From a virus, in the IMG/VR virus record IMGVR_UViG_3300020214_000007, positions 25,038-89,037 of that record: 64,000 bases of DNA. One strand, 5' to 3'. Shown in pieces: positions 22,153-36,197 of this stretch (positions within the stretch are counted from its first letter, which is position 1; each line of letters begins with the position of its first letter). The notes under the pieces were generated by a model that was not told the origin of the DNA, did no database searches, and saw nothing but the letters and a program-made list of their open reading frames with translations. The translations under genes and the position numbers were made by a program.

Positions 22153-24900
22153 TTATACGGCCCATACGCTAGAACATCCAACGTACGTATATTTATCACC
22201 TGGAAAACCGCTAAATGTTATAGCCCTTGGACTTGGTCTTTCATCGCTACTGTGCTGATCTACGTATTCTCCACCGCCTATAGATACACCTACGTGACCA
22301 TAGTTCGCATCTCCTCCGCTCCAGAATACAAGATATCCAACTGGGGGATTTTTACCCTTCTCGGAATCTGCAGCAAACCAGTGAGTATTTTCCGTACCGC
22401 CCTTAATGTTTTCCCAATGTTCACCAGCAGATTCAAACTGCTGAAGCGTTTTTGTTGGCACTGTGTGTTTAATTACTTCTCCAAAATTTTGTTCATTCCA
22501 TTCCAAATCTTTCAAATCTGTTTCTGAAGTTCCGAAAAGACCCAACATTGCTGATAAAACTCTTGCAAATCTGTCACATTGGAAATTACCCTTAAGCTCT
22601 TTCTTGTAAGTATTCACCCAACCCTGCGTTTTGTGTGCCTTCAGCCAATCAGCGCCATTCTTAACTTGGGTCTTATTAAATGTCTGCTCCTGATTATCAT
22701 TTTCTGCTCCAGCGGAGGACTCTGCGGAAACATTACCGTAAGTAATTGGCTTACTCTTTGACTCATCTTTAAGGGTTCCATTTTTGGGTTTATCGTAAAA
22801 CACTTCGCCACTCATCCAAAGTTCTATATAGTTGGTGGTTTTAGGATTAAATTTAGGGAGATTATCTCTAACCCAACTCGTAAGATTATCTATTGATTTT
22901 CCGCTTGTTAGATAAACATCTACTGCGTCTTGGAATCTTATTTGATAAATAAAACCTACATCTGATCTATTTAGAGCACGGCTTATGGGGTAATCGCCCC
23001 AATGGTAAAATCCATTTGACTGAGTTATTTTGTTTGTATTTTTAAAATCATTTCTACCAAATTTTTGCATTAGCATCCACACTTGATTGATTGGATACCA
23101 TAGCCTATCATCGGTATCTGCTTTTCCATTATTTTGAAGCTCAATCATTTTCTTTGCTATCGCATTAGGGTCCCATCCGGCTGTTTTGCCAGGAACATAC
23201 GCAAGTTCCGCTGCGGATACCATCTGTGGATTGATCGTTGTTCCATCGTAGTATATTGGAATAGAAGCAGAAGTGTTTTTTGATTTACTTATTAAAGAAA
23301 TTAAATTAAATTGAAACATTCCGACTGAATAATCACCAGTATATCCATCTGCATTCTCACCACATTTGCCATTAAAGGAGCTGGGATTACCGACACTCTC
23401 TCTTGCCGCAAGAGCGCACATTACAGCTGCCACTTCTTCACTAAAAGGACCTTCTTGTGATAAAATTATAAATAATTCAGTCAACGAAATGCTTGCGCTA
23501 GCTGATTTATAATTTTGTTTTGATTTTTCTCTAGCTTCATTAATGTCTTCTTCGGTATTAACAGAAACGCCTGAGTCATCCGAGGATTGTGACTTTGCTG
23601 CAGATTCAAAACCCGGAGAACCTATATACTGTCCAGCCCTACTGTGACTAAAACTTATGTGTATATTATCTTTGTGCTCAGGTGCAGATTCAAAGTTAAC
23701 ATATTTTAAATTTGGATACGTTGTTTTTAAAGGGGTGCTCTCACTATCAAATCCCTCCATTACACCAAGGTCTCTTGCCACATCTGGTGACATAACAATT
23801 AAATCAGGTATTAGCTGCATGGGCATTAAATTTAATCTTGAAAGAACATAGTTTAAAGACGCAACGTAGTGTTCTTTTGATTTATCAAAATTACTAAAAG
23901 AACCTATTGCAGTTATGTCAAAAGCTCTGCCAAAAACATGATCAGATATTGCGTTTGTGTTATTGGGATCTATGCCCTTAGATGAATCAGCGCTTCTTGT
24001 TGTTTCATCGCTTTCAGATAATATAGCTCTGGCTAATCCAAATTTACCTTTTATTTGGACTCCTCTTGTTGGGTCTGTTAACATCAGCAGGCATTCGATG
24101 AGTGCGGCGCATACATAGGCCCTTTTTGAGCTAGCTTCAATTAAGTCCTTAGTTATTTCTGAAGTTTGAGACGAATCTGGAAAATAGGAATTGGTTTGAG
24201 AAAATTTATAAGAAGATAAATTATTTGGAATATCGAATTGAAAACCCACAGTAAGAGCAGTATCTGGTATTCTTTTGTTAAGTTCTCTTCCTCTTTCTAG
24301 GTATATTGAAGATTCTTCTGCAGAAAGTTCATCGGCTATTGCGATTGGACGAGCACCAAGTGATGGAGCACTTTCTTGTTTTAATTGATAAGAAACCTGA
24401 TTGTGTTTATAAATAGTTCCATTAGATTCACCAACATAAGAAACAGATTTATTATTAGCCGCATCTCCTATTAATTTTTGCAGAAGCGGGTTTGAAGTTC
24501 TTGATGGAGCGAGTCCAGTGCCAACTAAAGACTGAGACACGGTTTTCATATAAGCCGCTGATCCCGTTAAGGTCTCTGCTTCTCCGGCGTTGCCCTGATA
24601 GTCTGGATTTGGAACGGTAAAAGCTTCAAATTTTGCTCCGGCAGCCAATATTCCATGTAAGGAAGATTGAACAAATCTATTATTTAAATCCATCAAAGTT
24701 GCAGGATTTCTTGTGAGCGCCCCACCGGCCATCATATCTACAACATCTCTAGATGTCAATGTCTGATTAACATACTTTTCTTTTGAAGCCGAAGTAGTTA
24801 AACTACTACTTCCGCCCGGATTATATCCTTCTGCTAGTTTTTCAGTAAATGACTGTGAATTATTGAAGTCATCTAAGTTTAAACCAAAATCATCACTCAT
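22153..24900 (-). CDS. Multi-domain virion peptidoglycan hydrolase (M15-like peptidase, lytic transglycosylase-like, CHAP/NlpC-like)
   Basis: SDHVFGRAFDI...HKDNIHIS; ALAARESVGNP...SVGMFQFN; QCDRFA...PPVGYLVFW...YGHVGVSIG. Confidence 0.75.
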   Translation of the reverse strand: MSDDFGLNLDDFNNSQSFTEKLAEGYNPGGSSSLTTSASKEKYVNQTLTSRDVVDMMAGGALTRNPATLMDLNNRFVQSSLHGILAAGAKFEAFTVPNPDYQGNAGEAETLTGSAAYMKTVSQSLVGTGLAPSRTSNPLLQKLIGDAANNKSVSYVGESNGTIYKHNQVSYQLKQESAPSLGARPIAIADELSAEESSIYLERGRELNKRIPDTALTVGFQFDIPNNLSSYKFSQTNSYFPDSSQTSEITKDLIEASSKRAYVCAALIECLLMLTDPTRGVQIKGKFGLARAILSESDETTRSADSSKGIDPNNTNAISDHVFGRAFDITAIGSFSNFDKSKEHYVASLNYVLSRLNLMPMQLIPDLIVMSPDVARDLGVMEGFDSESTPLKTTYPNLKYVNFESAPEHKDNIHISFSHSRAGQYIGSPGFESAAKSQSSDDSGVSVNTEEDINEAREKSKQNYKSASASISLTELFIILSQEGPFSEEVAAVMCALAARESVGNPSSFNGKCGENADGYTGDYSVGMFQFNLISLISKSKNTSASIPIYYDGTTINPQMVSAAELAYVPGKTAGWDPNAIAKKMIELQNNGKADTDDRLWYPINQVWMLMQKFGRNDFKNTNKITQSNGFYHWGDYPISRALNRSDVGFIYQIRFQDAVDVYLTSGKSIDNLTSWVRDNLPKFNPKTTNYIELWMSGEVFYDKPKNGTLKDESKSKPITYGNVSAESSAGAENDNQEQTFNKTQVKNGADWLKAHKTQGWVNTYKKELKGNFQCDRFARVLSAMLGLFGTSETDLKDLEWNEQNFGEVIKHTVPTKTLQQFESAGEHWENIKGGTENTHWFAADSEKGKNPPVGYLVFWSGGDANYGHVGVSIGGGEYVDQHSSDERPSPRAITFSGFPGDKYTYVGCSSVWAV

Positions 24901-24902
24901 AC

Positions 24903-27900
24903 TTAAGTCCCTTGTGAAACATATTGTGCATTAGGTATTTGTTCATCTAGTCCTATTTCCGCCGGTCTACTTCTTAGTAAATCAACGGTATAAACTTGCG
25001 CCAGATTATTACCAATAAGCTCCCAATTTAATGTAGCTGCAATACCATCATCATAGTACTCGTCCCAAGCTACATAAGGCCATTCTGAAGCTTTTGAATA
25101 AAGTGTTTCTAATATTTTAAAATGAACAAATGTATTAAACACATTGATTTTATTATTGTTAAGATTAATAAGAGGATCAGTCGATCCTGTAATTTCAAAA
25201 TACTCTTTTGTTTTAGAATTAAAAATAGATGAATATATTTCTTGAAACTTTATACTAAAAATAGACTCTTTGAATATTTCTTCTTTAAATTTTGCTTTCA
25301 GTATTTCTACAGTGGCATTAATATTATTAATAAAAAGTCCCCTAATACGTAAGACCAAATCTTGAATATCTGTATCAATCATTCTGTAGAAAACAGTACC
25401 TAAAGCTTTTTCTTTTTCTGAATCTCCGTAATATTTTCCCTTTAAATAACTACGAGAAGTATTTAACTTAGAACCAGGCTGCAAATCATCCTCAGTATAC
25501 ATGGCAACTGCTGAAGCATCATTGGGAGATATTCTAATAACAAAAGGAGTTTCCGATAATTTTTCGTAAACAAATAAAGATGCTCTTCCCCCCGGAGAGT
25601 CTATATTAACTCCCTGAACTGGATTAGAGGAAGTAGATGTATTTACAAAACCCTCAAATACTCCCATCTTTGAGGCGATAATTCCCTCTAAACGAACTTT
25701 AAACGGTGGTGATTGAGGACTCAATAAATCCACTACTTCAATTTCATCTCCATCAATTACCTTATTTAATTTACACAAAACTTTAAAGAATTGATTGAAC
25801 CCCGCTTTGTCTGGACCGGTTCCAGAATACTTTAACACTTCCGCATTTACCAACGCATTCTCCATGCTAACATGTCTAACTAAATCTGTTATTTGTTTTT
25901 CTTTCCAACCTAGATTTTTCAATATGTCATCATATCTTATAAATGAATGTCCATCCACAGTTCTAACTTTAGTGCGGACACCCAATATTCCCGGTAGCAG
26001 TCTCTTAGTATGATATCTGCCAACTACCATTCCCTGATTAATCGCAAGCCCTGCGTCCATCGGTTGCCCATTTCTATTCAGGTAGGAAATATAGCAACCG
26101 TGTTGATCAAGAACATTATCTCTGACCCATTTCCAACCCTTCCACATAAGGTCTGTACCTATTGCTGTCGTTATGCCTGCTCCAACGGGACCACCAACTA
26201 AGAATCCCACAGTGGCAGTTCCAAGCGTCGTCGCTGCATACATTGCAGCAATGCCGCTCAAGCTTACTTGCGCATTAGCGTTTGCTTTCAACTGCTGCTC
26301 TACTTGGCTCCTTGCATCGAACAATCCTTCCGCAGTAAAATTAGCCATAATATCTTTTGTGAGAGCAGCCGAACCATGTGTAAACTGAACACCGCCCAAC
26401 ATTTGAGCTCTAATTGATTGAGCTAATCCATCAACAGAAATGTTGCCGTTAGAAAGAATCCCAGTGCTACCAGCTTGAACGGAGTTCAATATTGATCGAG
26501 TATCATTTCTAATATTTTGAATAGAAAACCATGAATGCATCCAGGAAGACATAAACCATCTAGCTGGATCATTTACGGAAACAAGAGCATTTGGAGTTAT
26601 GGAAGTAACGAATCCCATATTCGGAGTAAAATGATGAACCACTTGCTCTACTTCAAATATACCATATATTCTTTCATAAACATCCGCTAAATAAACAAGA
26701 TCATGCGGTCTTATGTCTGGACTTCCCAAAACAATTAACTCACCAGAATATAGATCTTTTAGAGACTCTCTTAAGTGCGCTAAAGCTACACGTCTTGCCA
26801 TCAATTCGTCAGGTGCGCCCTGTGAAGTTTTAATAGCACTTCTAGAAAACTCAATTGGATTAACGATTGGATGTATTAGTCCAGTTAATCCAGAACCAAA
26901 TAGGTTATCAAAATATAGACCTGTTTCAACAGTTTTTTCCATCTGTCTTTCAGATGGAATACTTTTATCCAGGGCAACTGTTACTGGATATTTTCCATCA
27001 GAAACTGCAGTTACCGATGTTGCAACATTGGTTGTTGTTTCTTTAATATTATTATTTAATATAGTAGAAAAAGAACTGAGCGCATGCATTCTCTGAAATG
27101 GTTCTCTAACCTCCACAACTGGTTCTCCATACTCTCTTGTGAATGGATTATCAACAGCTCTAAGGATTGAGCCTGCTCTTCCCATGGAATAATAAATTGA
27201 ATCATTTAAAGCTTTATTCAAAATGTTTGCCTGTTTTGAAAAGTTATCTATTTCTGACAACTGGTATCCCATCTGCATCATAGATATTCTAAACATGTTC
27301 ATTAATCCACTTAAGCCATCACTTAATGCGGTAAACAGGGGTCCTATATTTGAATCCCAAAAACTGTCAATATTATGACCTAAAACTCCAACAAAGTTTG
27401 TTGCACTATTTCCCTCTCCCTTATTGTCTGCTAGTAGTTTTAAAAATCTCTTTTTATCAGAAGAATAGTTTTGATTAGGATCTATAAATGCGGCAAATAT
27501 TTTGTTTACTGCGTGAAAATCCCATTCGTCTCCCCACGAACCAAAGCCAATACCTATTTTTCTAGATGGCTTTAAAACCAACCAAGCTCTTGCATAAGCA
27601 TCCTGCCACATCGCTTGTCTAAATAATCCCACGATAAGAAGAAATACTTGTTTTGCACTTAGCGTTTCATTTTTTGTTTTCTTAAAAATATCAGAAACTT
27701 TAACCAATCCACCACCCAATGTTTGACCAATAATTAAACTAACATTACTGGCGTTTTGAAAAAACTTTCCAAGATTTTTATATTTTGAAGTTATTAATGT
27801 ATTGAGATAATTTACTAAACCACCTTGACTTAGCGGGGCGTCTATAAGATTTTTTCTAGCGTATTCTATCGCATCTTTGACTAATGTTTCTCCCTGCTTT

Positions 27901-30900
27901 AGGGGTGGCGGAGCATCGGGGTCAGTAAATCTAATAGTGTTTGGTTTTTGAGAAATAAAATCGTTTCCCAAAAGAAGACTAAACTCATCAATAGCCCCAT
28001 CCTTTGTGGCTTTGTATTGCTTAATAATCTCAGTGCTGGCGCTGGGGTTTTTTATTATTTTTACAATTTCAGCTGGTATTGGGGTATCATCATCTGGGTC
28101 AAGCCCAAATGCATCAAAGAATATTTTTTTAACAGATTCGTAATTATGATATCCAAATCTAAATTGATCCCAAACATCACTTGCTTCGTTATCAGTTCTT
28201 CCATCTCCAGCTATTACCGCAACTTGTGCGCTAGCTCCTTCATTATAATATGCTCGTGCTTCTCTGGCGGTTTCGTCTAATGGATCATATACGGCGGCAA
28301 ATCGCTTTCTGCCACTAGCTGTTTTTTCATCTCCAGTTCTGGCTAATTCTCCATCTAATATTTTCCAAAGTTCGTCTCTAGATAAATTGTTATATTTTGC
28401 GGCCAAAACCAAATCAAAATAACCATCACTTCCCGCCGCAGATGGAAGGACGTTAGCGCCTCTTGCGGCGGCTAGCGCAAAATCTCCATCGGTTAACATA
28501 TTGATTCCACCGACTGGTCTCAACTCTTTAAGCATCTTATTCCAGCTACCTCTTATTTGTGGACCCTTTGCCAAATACACTTCAGCTTCAGCTTCAGCTT
28601 CAAATCTATCTGCGGTTTTAAATCCAAGTCCAGTCAACTCCGCCGTCAAAACATTGTTAGCCTTTGTTGCGTCAAAGCGACCAAAACCAACAACGTAATT
28701 CGCATTTTCACCAAATGCCGCTTTTGCCTCTTCTGTAAGCTCAAATTCATGAGCTGGATTATAAAGTGTTGTTACAACTCCTAGGGGAATATCATCGTTA
28801 ACAAAAGTAAAATAACACTCTCTTGGAACTGGATAGGGCGCCAATCCTGCTTTAGCAACGGCGGTTGCAGCTGGCCCCATATTAGCCGAGTTGGCGAAAA
28901 ACTCGTAGCTTTGCTCAATCTTGCTTAAGTGCATCATGCCAAGATAGTATGCCGCATCAGGAGAAACAATCGCATCTACAGTGACAGATCCGGACAGAAT
29001 TTATGTCGACTTCATCGTTTTTCCCCCACATAAAAAATGCCGGCCTACAAACAACAGCCGTTCTTGTTGTTGAACTATAGATTAAAACTTTTCTTTGTTT
29101 ATAATCAGATGGTTTACCATAAAATTCGTTATCTTTTCTGTCTTTAAAATATTTTTCTTTAAACTTTTTAAATAATTCATCATCTTTGTCGCCATCTGTA
29201 ATATCGTATGGCCATCTCATAGCAATATAAAATTGCTCATCTATTGCCGTTTCTGGACATCCCCATGCCCTATAGCTAAAAGCCGAACCCGAATTTGGCG
29301 TAATTTTTGTTTGATTAATATATTCGTATTCCCATGAACCTTCTAGTTTTTGAGATACATTGCTTAATTCACCCTTGAACGAAGGTAGTGGCATACGAAC
29401 ATGATTTAGCTCAGCAGATACTTTATTGGACTTTACTAAATCAAATATTGAATTTTCAGAATTGAATAGTGTATCTTTACCAACTGAATTAGTAAAAGAG
29501 ATAGCATCTAGTTTAATTGAAAATTCGTTTTTATTATCAGAATCATCGAAACCTTCTGTTAAAGGAGTTGTTTGAACCAACGATGCTTCATATGCAAGAA
29601 GCCTTTTATACGTTTCATCTTGCAGGAATTTTTCATATTCTCTATCACCTTTATGTACAGTAGCATTTTCTATATTTCTTGAATGAGAAAGAGCATAGAA
29701 CGGATAGTCCAACAGAACGGCACCAGAAACTCTATCGGTAAAATACGGAAAAGAATATCTAAGCGGCATTTGCGCTATTTCTTTGTGAACCGACTCCATA
29801 TTTTTAACAGGAACTTGTATTAAACTTTTGTCAGAAGTTATAGGTAAGTGAAAGCCAACTGTCGCATAACCTTTATTGGCTGGTATTTCAGAAACAACTT
29901 TATTGTTTTCTGAATCTAAGTATTTTAATCTTTTTGGATCCGCCAAATTAATAACTCTACCATTCAAAACACCGGCTGGAGCATAGACGTCTGTAGCGGT
30001 AGATTGGTCTTTTGCTATTTGCTCAAGACTAAGAAGCGGACTTTGAATGGTTTTAAATGCTTCGTAATCTGCAGTTGGATTTGATGCTTGATTAATTTTA
30101 TTTAAAAGATCCATTAATTCTGCGTCTGGGCTTCTGTAAGAAGGAGTTTTTATACCAAGTTCAACGGCTTTCTTTTCTGATGGAAATCCAGTAGTCACTG
30201 GAACTACTCCGGAAGTATACAACCAATGTGGTTTTCCATAAAATACAGTAGATCTATCTTCAAATGGTCTTATAGCGCAAATATAATTAGGAAGTAATCG
30301 AGCACAAAGTTGGAACATATCCCAAACTGTTTTCATATATGTTTGAGCCCTAAAAGAAACTTCATCAAACCCAGGCATGTCGTCGTCGAGGGTGCTTATT
30401 AAACCAAGTGTTTGAAATATATTAGCTCCCCCTCTGCCAGACAGCGAGCCCAGCAGTGTCGCTCCACCGAAAACTCCGGTGACTGTACCTATAACCGGTA
30501 GCGCCAATCCGCCAGTTCCGAAAGCCAACCCCGCCCCTGCAGCTAACAGTGAACCACTAAGAAGCGCAGATGCCAAACCCCCGCTAGATCTTGATTCTTT
30601 CCCCGTATTGGCAATTTCTATTGCTGCAGCAGCAGCGCTTTCTCCATCGTTATATCTTCTTAAAACATCATTCCATGACGCATCAGTTAACCTATCTAAA
30701 TAATGTAATCTTGGATTTGGATTATCTTCTGGTGTTAGCGTTGCGGCATTTGTCCAACCATCACCAAGATCGCCACCAAGAAATTGCGCTATTCCAGTGC
30801 CGTTACCTGGATAAATATTTCTTTTAAATATTTCAAGATCTCTTTGTACCGCAAAATTTGCCCACATTGTTCTCATATATCCCATTACGGGAAGTCTAAC

Positions 30901-33900
30901 ATTTCCACCTATTGAAATACCTGTTTGATTTGCGTTGTTTCCAAAAGGATTTAAAGCTCCCAATACCTGAGATGCACCGGCGCCGGTCATACCAGCCGCA
31001 GAGCTTATGGGTCCATCCCCCCCAGAAGAACCAATTGCAATAAATGTATCACTAATTGAGTTTCGCATTCCTTGATTTCTATTTGCCTCAATTTCATTAA
31101 GGGGAGCGTAGGGTATCATCCCAAAATGTTTAATACCGAAATTTATTTTCAGAAAAAATCATGCCACGAGTCGCATATGCAAAAGCCTCTCTTACTCTTG
31201 AACTACCCATCGATAATAATCTGACCATAAGATCTCTTGGTTCAGATAGATACAAGCCAGTATTCAATCCACCATCAATTTTTCCGCTACTACCCTTTTT
31301 ATCTACTGAATTGACAATCGGACTTAATTCTATAGCATCAGATTGACATGTAACGGTAACTACCTCCCCCAGCTCTACCTCTGTTATTACACCATTAAAA
31401 ATTGTTTGTAGAGAATTTGGATTTGAACCGTATCCAGCCCTAAGATGCACCCTGACTCCGGGCTTTAATCTTATGTTCTCAATATCAACTATATATTGAG
31501 ATTCCATATGGCCCAACATATTTCTAGCTGTATTAAGAGTTCTATCTATAATCTGTTCCATTCCATCCGTCAAAGACAATTTATCTATACCGGGTTTTGA
31601 ATCTGTTTCCCCCATAGCTCCACTAAAGATAGCTGTCATTTCTTTTGTTGATAACTTTGAGTACATATTAGAAACCCTAAATACTAAAGTGTCACCAAGA
31701 ATATCTTCGGAAGCAACGATTGAAAAATCAATAATTGACTGTAATCCATAAAAATTATCAAATAATTTTGCTCCAGCAAATGTTCTTTCCGAAATAAGCC
31801 ACAACATGTATGTTGGAAATGCTCTAACCATTCTTCCGGAAATATCTCTATATGAAGTGTCAACCATCATTTTTTCCCAGTGTTCACTAGTCGACTTTGC
31901 ATTTTGTTTGTTGGACATTGTTTCTGGTTTTGAAGTATCGCCAGAAGAGAACGCATACTGATATTGAGAAAGTGCGGTGGCTCCTGGAACGCCAGTCAAG
32001 CTCTTAGTTGTTCCTCGATCTGGAGTTTGTATATCTGTAACACCTATATAATTTATTGACGCGTCTTTTTTAACTGCCTGATCATCTATTGTTAAATAAA
32101 ATCTGCCATTAAGTTTATCTATATAGCCAAATTGATATCCGTCAGCAGTTTGTAGAATTGATGGAATTTTTGAATCATTTGGATTTTCTACGGCCGCAAA
32201 AGTATGAATCATCGCATGTGCAGGGAGCTCGTCTGGATCAAAGCTAACATACTTATCCTCTTCCGACTTATCGTCTTCGCCCTTTAAAAAGCTTTCTAAT
32301 TGGGCTAATGCTTGCGGATCTCTTGATCTAAGATCGCCTAATTTTAATTCACCAGAAACTATTTTAAAACTTTGATCGGCTACTGAAGTTTGAGGAAAAT
32401 CATTTTCGTCTAAAGTGTCAACATAATCTAACAAAAATCTTTCTCTGCTATTATTGGATTCGTTTTTTATTGCAGCTACAATAAAAGAAGCTACCCTAGA
32501 CGCACTAAGATTTAGTGTCATCTTTGCATAATTTTTTAAACCTTTTAGATCATTGTTGTTTATAAATTCTTTAAATTTGTTCACTACACTTTCGTTAGTA
32601 TACTGTATGCCGCCGTAGGGTGAAACAACATTTAATTTACCATTTAAGTCTATTGTTTCTATATCTAGATTTGCTAGCTTACCCTTATTTAAAGATATAC
32701 TGTTAACGACATCTTTATCCATCATCTCAAAAGATCTAAAATAAAAATCTGGATCCAAACAACCGACTACTTCTCCGGTCTTATTTCTAAGCTCAAGTGG
32801 AAAATCTGGGTAGGCATTAAATGCTCCCCATAGTTGTTTAATTCGCAGAAACGGATTTTTCTTTGTTCCGAATTCTTCAACTAGTTTTCTCTGCTGATCA
32901 GAAGACAATTTTTCTCTCTTCTGTTGGAATATATCAAAGTCTACTAACCTTAAGGTAACGCTATAGACGTGTGGATGGTTTGGTATCGTTGAAACATTGA
33001 ACGAAAGCGGAAGAACGTACTTAATTCCAGAAAGTGCAGTAATAATATTTTTAATACCCATAAATCCCATAACGCCAGCAGCGTGCTCTAATCGAGCTAA
33101 ACCATTTATATGATCAAATATTTTCCTAAGTTTTATTAGCTCCTTCTCCCCAAATACCTTCATTGATATTGATATATAATTATCTCCACCACCTATATGT
33201 TGATAGGTCGGCTCTTCATGCATTTGCACTTGTAACGGAACAATATTGTTACTCATAGAAACCCCCACATCGGTTACGATAGCAGAAGATGGATCTATAT
33301 CAACTCTAATCATCGGAACTTCCCACTCCCTTAAGTGAAAACTACCAGCTCTTTGTCTGGCGGCTTCCATTAACTCCCTAATTGGGCCAGCCCTAAAGAA
33401 TCTTTCATAGACTAAGGCGCTATACGAATCAGCAAATTGTTCTTTAATAATTTTTCTTTCCTCTTCTTTTTCTTTGTCTGTCCAATTTTTCCCAACATTT
33501 CTTTGTCTTTTTTGAAGTTGTTCATCTACCAAAAAGTCTAAATACGCATTTATATTTAACGCTTTATTTCTAAAGAATAATTTAATTTGCAGGAGGGTTT
33601 GATTTGTAAAAATTATTGATCCATATTTATAAGGAGGAAATGTTTCTACATACGCATTTGAATCGTCAAAAAAGTTTCTTAAAAAGTTTTTTCTATCAAA
33701 ATCTAAAGATGAATTTTGTTTTATAAAACTTTCTATAAGAAAAGCATAGGCTTTTTGCTGAAAGTCTTGAGCCGACAATCCAGCCGTCAGTATGTCAATA
33801 CTATCTAGTATTTTTTGCCTAACAGTATATTCGATAATATTTCCGATTGAAGTTGTTATAACAGAATCTAGTGACCTTCCATATCCTGCTGATTCATTAA

Positions 33901-36194
33901 CGTCAATACCAAACTTTGCAAGAAAGCCAGCCCACGTTGATCTAGATACATCATCTAAAAGTTCTTCTTCTGGACTTCTAAATCCATATAAATCTGGAGT
34001 AAATATTTTTGTTTGTGTTTCTTGTGGAACATAAAAAGATATATTGCTTCCGTTAGTCCATTCCCTAATAACATTTGTCGTAAATACCTCATTCTTATAT
34101 CCCAACATTTGATCTGTTGAATTAGTTTCACCGTCTTTATTTGAGGTCCAAGCCTTATTCAAGGCCTTTGCAATTGGATCGCTAACACCATCATTCCCTT
34201 GAACCATTAAGAACTCTTCATTTATATAATTATGTAGAGCGCCAGCGGCTTTGCCCATATATTGCCTAAATTTACCCCAATTAACAGCTTGATTAAAGTC
34301 ATTTATCATTGGCAAGAACGGCTTATGATTAAAATTGTAAAGCTCTAGATTAACAACAAGAGCAAACGGATAGTTTGGTATTGTTGATATAGTCATGCCG
34401 TGCAGAGCGACCGCAGTGATTCCATAAACAGAATTAAGATATTGATTTCTTATTGGCAAAAATGGCGCGTACTTAAAGGCTGCAACTAATCCTCTAAGCG
34501 AAGAAAGAAATTTATCAATCTTTGCATCGCTGTCTCCAGCGCCACTAAAGTCTATGGTATAATTATCTTTAAGTCTTATTTTTGAAGCTTCGTCTATGGA
34601 AATTCCCCAAATTTCTTCGTAGTTTGGAAAAAACAATTGCATTGTTATAGTCGTATGTTTATAGCCAGCGTTAAATTTGGGTGTGTTTTTTTGTCTTAGT
34701 GCGCCTTCTCCCATACTAGAAACTTTAAACTGAGTTTGAACATCTATATTAATTGGAGGTACGTAAAAGTTAGCCGCACCCATACGAAGATGAAATATAT
34801 CTGGAACTGCTGGCGATATATTTTGTCTAAATGGAAATTCTGATAAAGCTTTTTGTATTCTTTGACCAGTGTTAATAAGATCCCACGCACCTTCAAAAAT
34901 ATTTTGACCATTAACTTGACCAAATGCAGTTAGCAGGTCGTTAAAAATTTCCTGTGGATCATTCAATCTATCTTCCGATCCACCTCCTTTTCCATCGTTA
35001 GAATAGTCGGCAGTTAAAGCTAAACTGTTTAGGAAAAATAAAGTAAGGTCCGGAAAATATTGGTATAAAGTTGCTAATAAAATTGGATCTCTAGTTAAAG
35101 TTGCAAGAGCTTTACTTAAAGCAGTTAACCATCCGGTATCTCTTGCTCCGTCTAGAACACTGGCTGACGCTGCACTCCCCCTTACCCTATTGACGTTTTG
35201 AAATCTTCTTCTTCCGTAAGCCCTGATAGCGTCAACGTAAATAAGTAAATCAAAGATTCCAGAATTATCCATTTTATCAAAAAGAGACTTAGATAGTTTT
35301 TCATCTTTTAAAAGACTTTGTATTTTACCATATTCTGGAGCAAGTGTATTTCTAAATAACTTATATGTTGTACCGATTCTGATCGGCGAGCTTTTCTCGA
35401 TAGCTCATGGGTAAGGAATTTCTTTCCGTCACGTTTAATATAAGTGTAGCAACCGGATCTAAGCCAGGACCAATCATTTCGGCATTTACCAAAAAAGTAG
35501 CTAATGCCTCTAATCTTTCCGCACTAGGTGCTATATCTGTATTTGTCGTGCCGCTTTGCGAACCTGTAGCTGTACTAGTCGGGTCGTTGGAAACTGGAGT
35601 TGCTTTTTTAGGCGGCTCAGTAGCGTTGACATCAAAAGTATTTAGCCTTAACACAACTGCGTCTGCAAAAGCAAGAATAACCGCTTGTGCACCATCGTAC
35701 GGCGATCCAAATAGACTATTGGCACTATTTACATTTTCATAATATTTTTTCCAGGCGGTGTCAAAAACTGGATCGTCAAGTGCTATATTTGACTTTGGAT
35801 CTGGTAACTTTTCATCAAAATGTTTTTTTAAATAATCTCTAATATTTACATCAGATACTTGTTCTATTTGATAGTTAAATGCTAAAACAGATTTTTTTAT
35901 TAACTCTGTTCTTAAGGCCATCCAAGTGATGTCTGTTTTATCTGGTATAAATATTTTTTTAGCGGAAGGAAGTTTTTGATTTCCATATGTTTGCGTATCA
36001 GCGGAAGCTTGTACTTCTGACCCCTCTTTTGAAAAGAGGCGAACAAGACTGGCATAAGCGGGTGCTCCGGTTACTGGATCATCTATAGCCGAATCACTTT
36101 TAAATTTTTCTATTTCTTTGATGTAGTCGATAATGTGTTGTTTCGTAGGAAACGTACTTTTAATATAATTAAAAGAATCTTTATTCATAGACAT
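24903..36194 (-). CDS. Giant baseplate-hub-like protein, ~3762 aa after three +1 shifts (CGG-T 35375, CGG-T 31138, CGG-A 28992)
   Basis: Four ORFs fuse: DQN-G-TTYKLF, NKF-G-IKHFGM, NSV-G-SVTVDA. Hub-like motifs LKPGVRVHLRAGYG...IFNGVITEV and GSPDIRPHDLVYL...FEVEQVVHHF. SNase-like VIDGDEIEV...VRLEGI near the C-terminus. Confidence 0.7.
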
Positions 36195-36197
36195 AAT

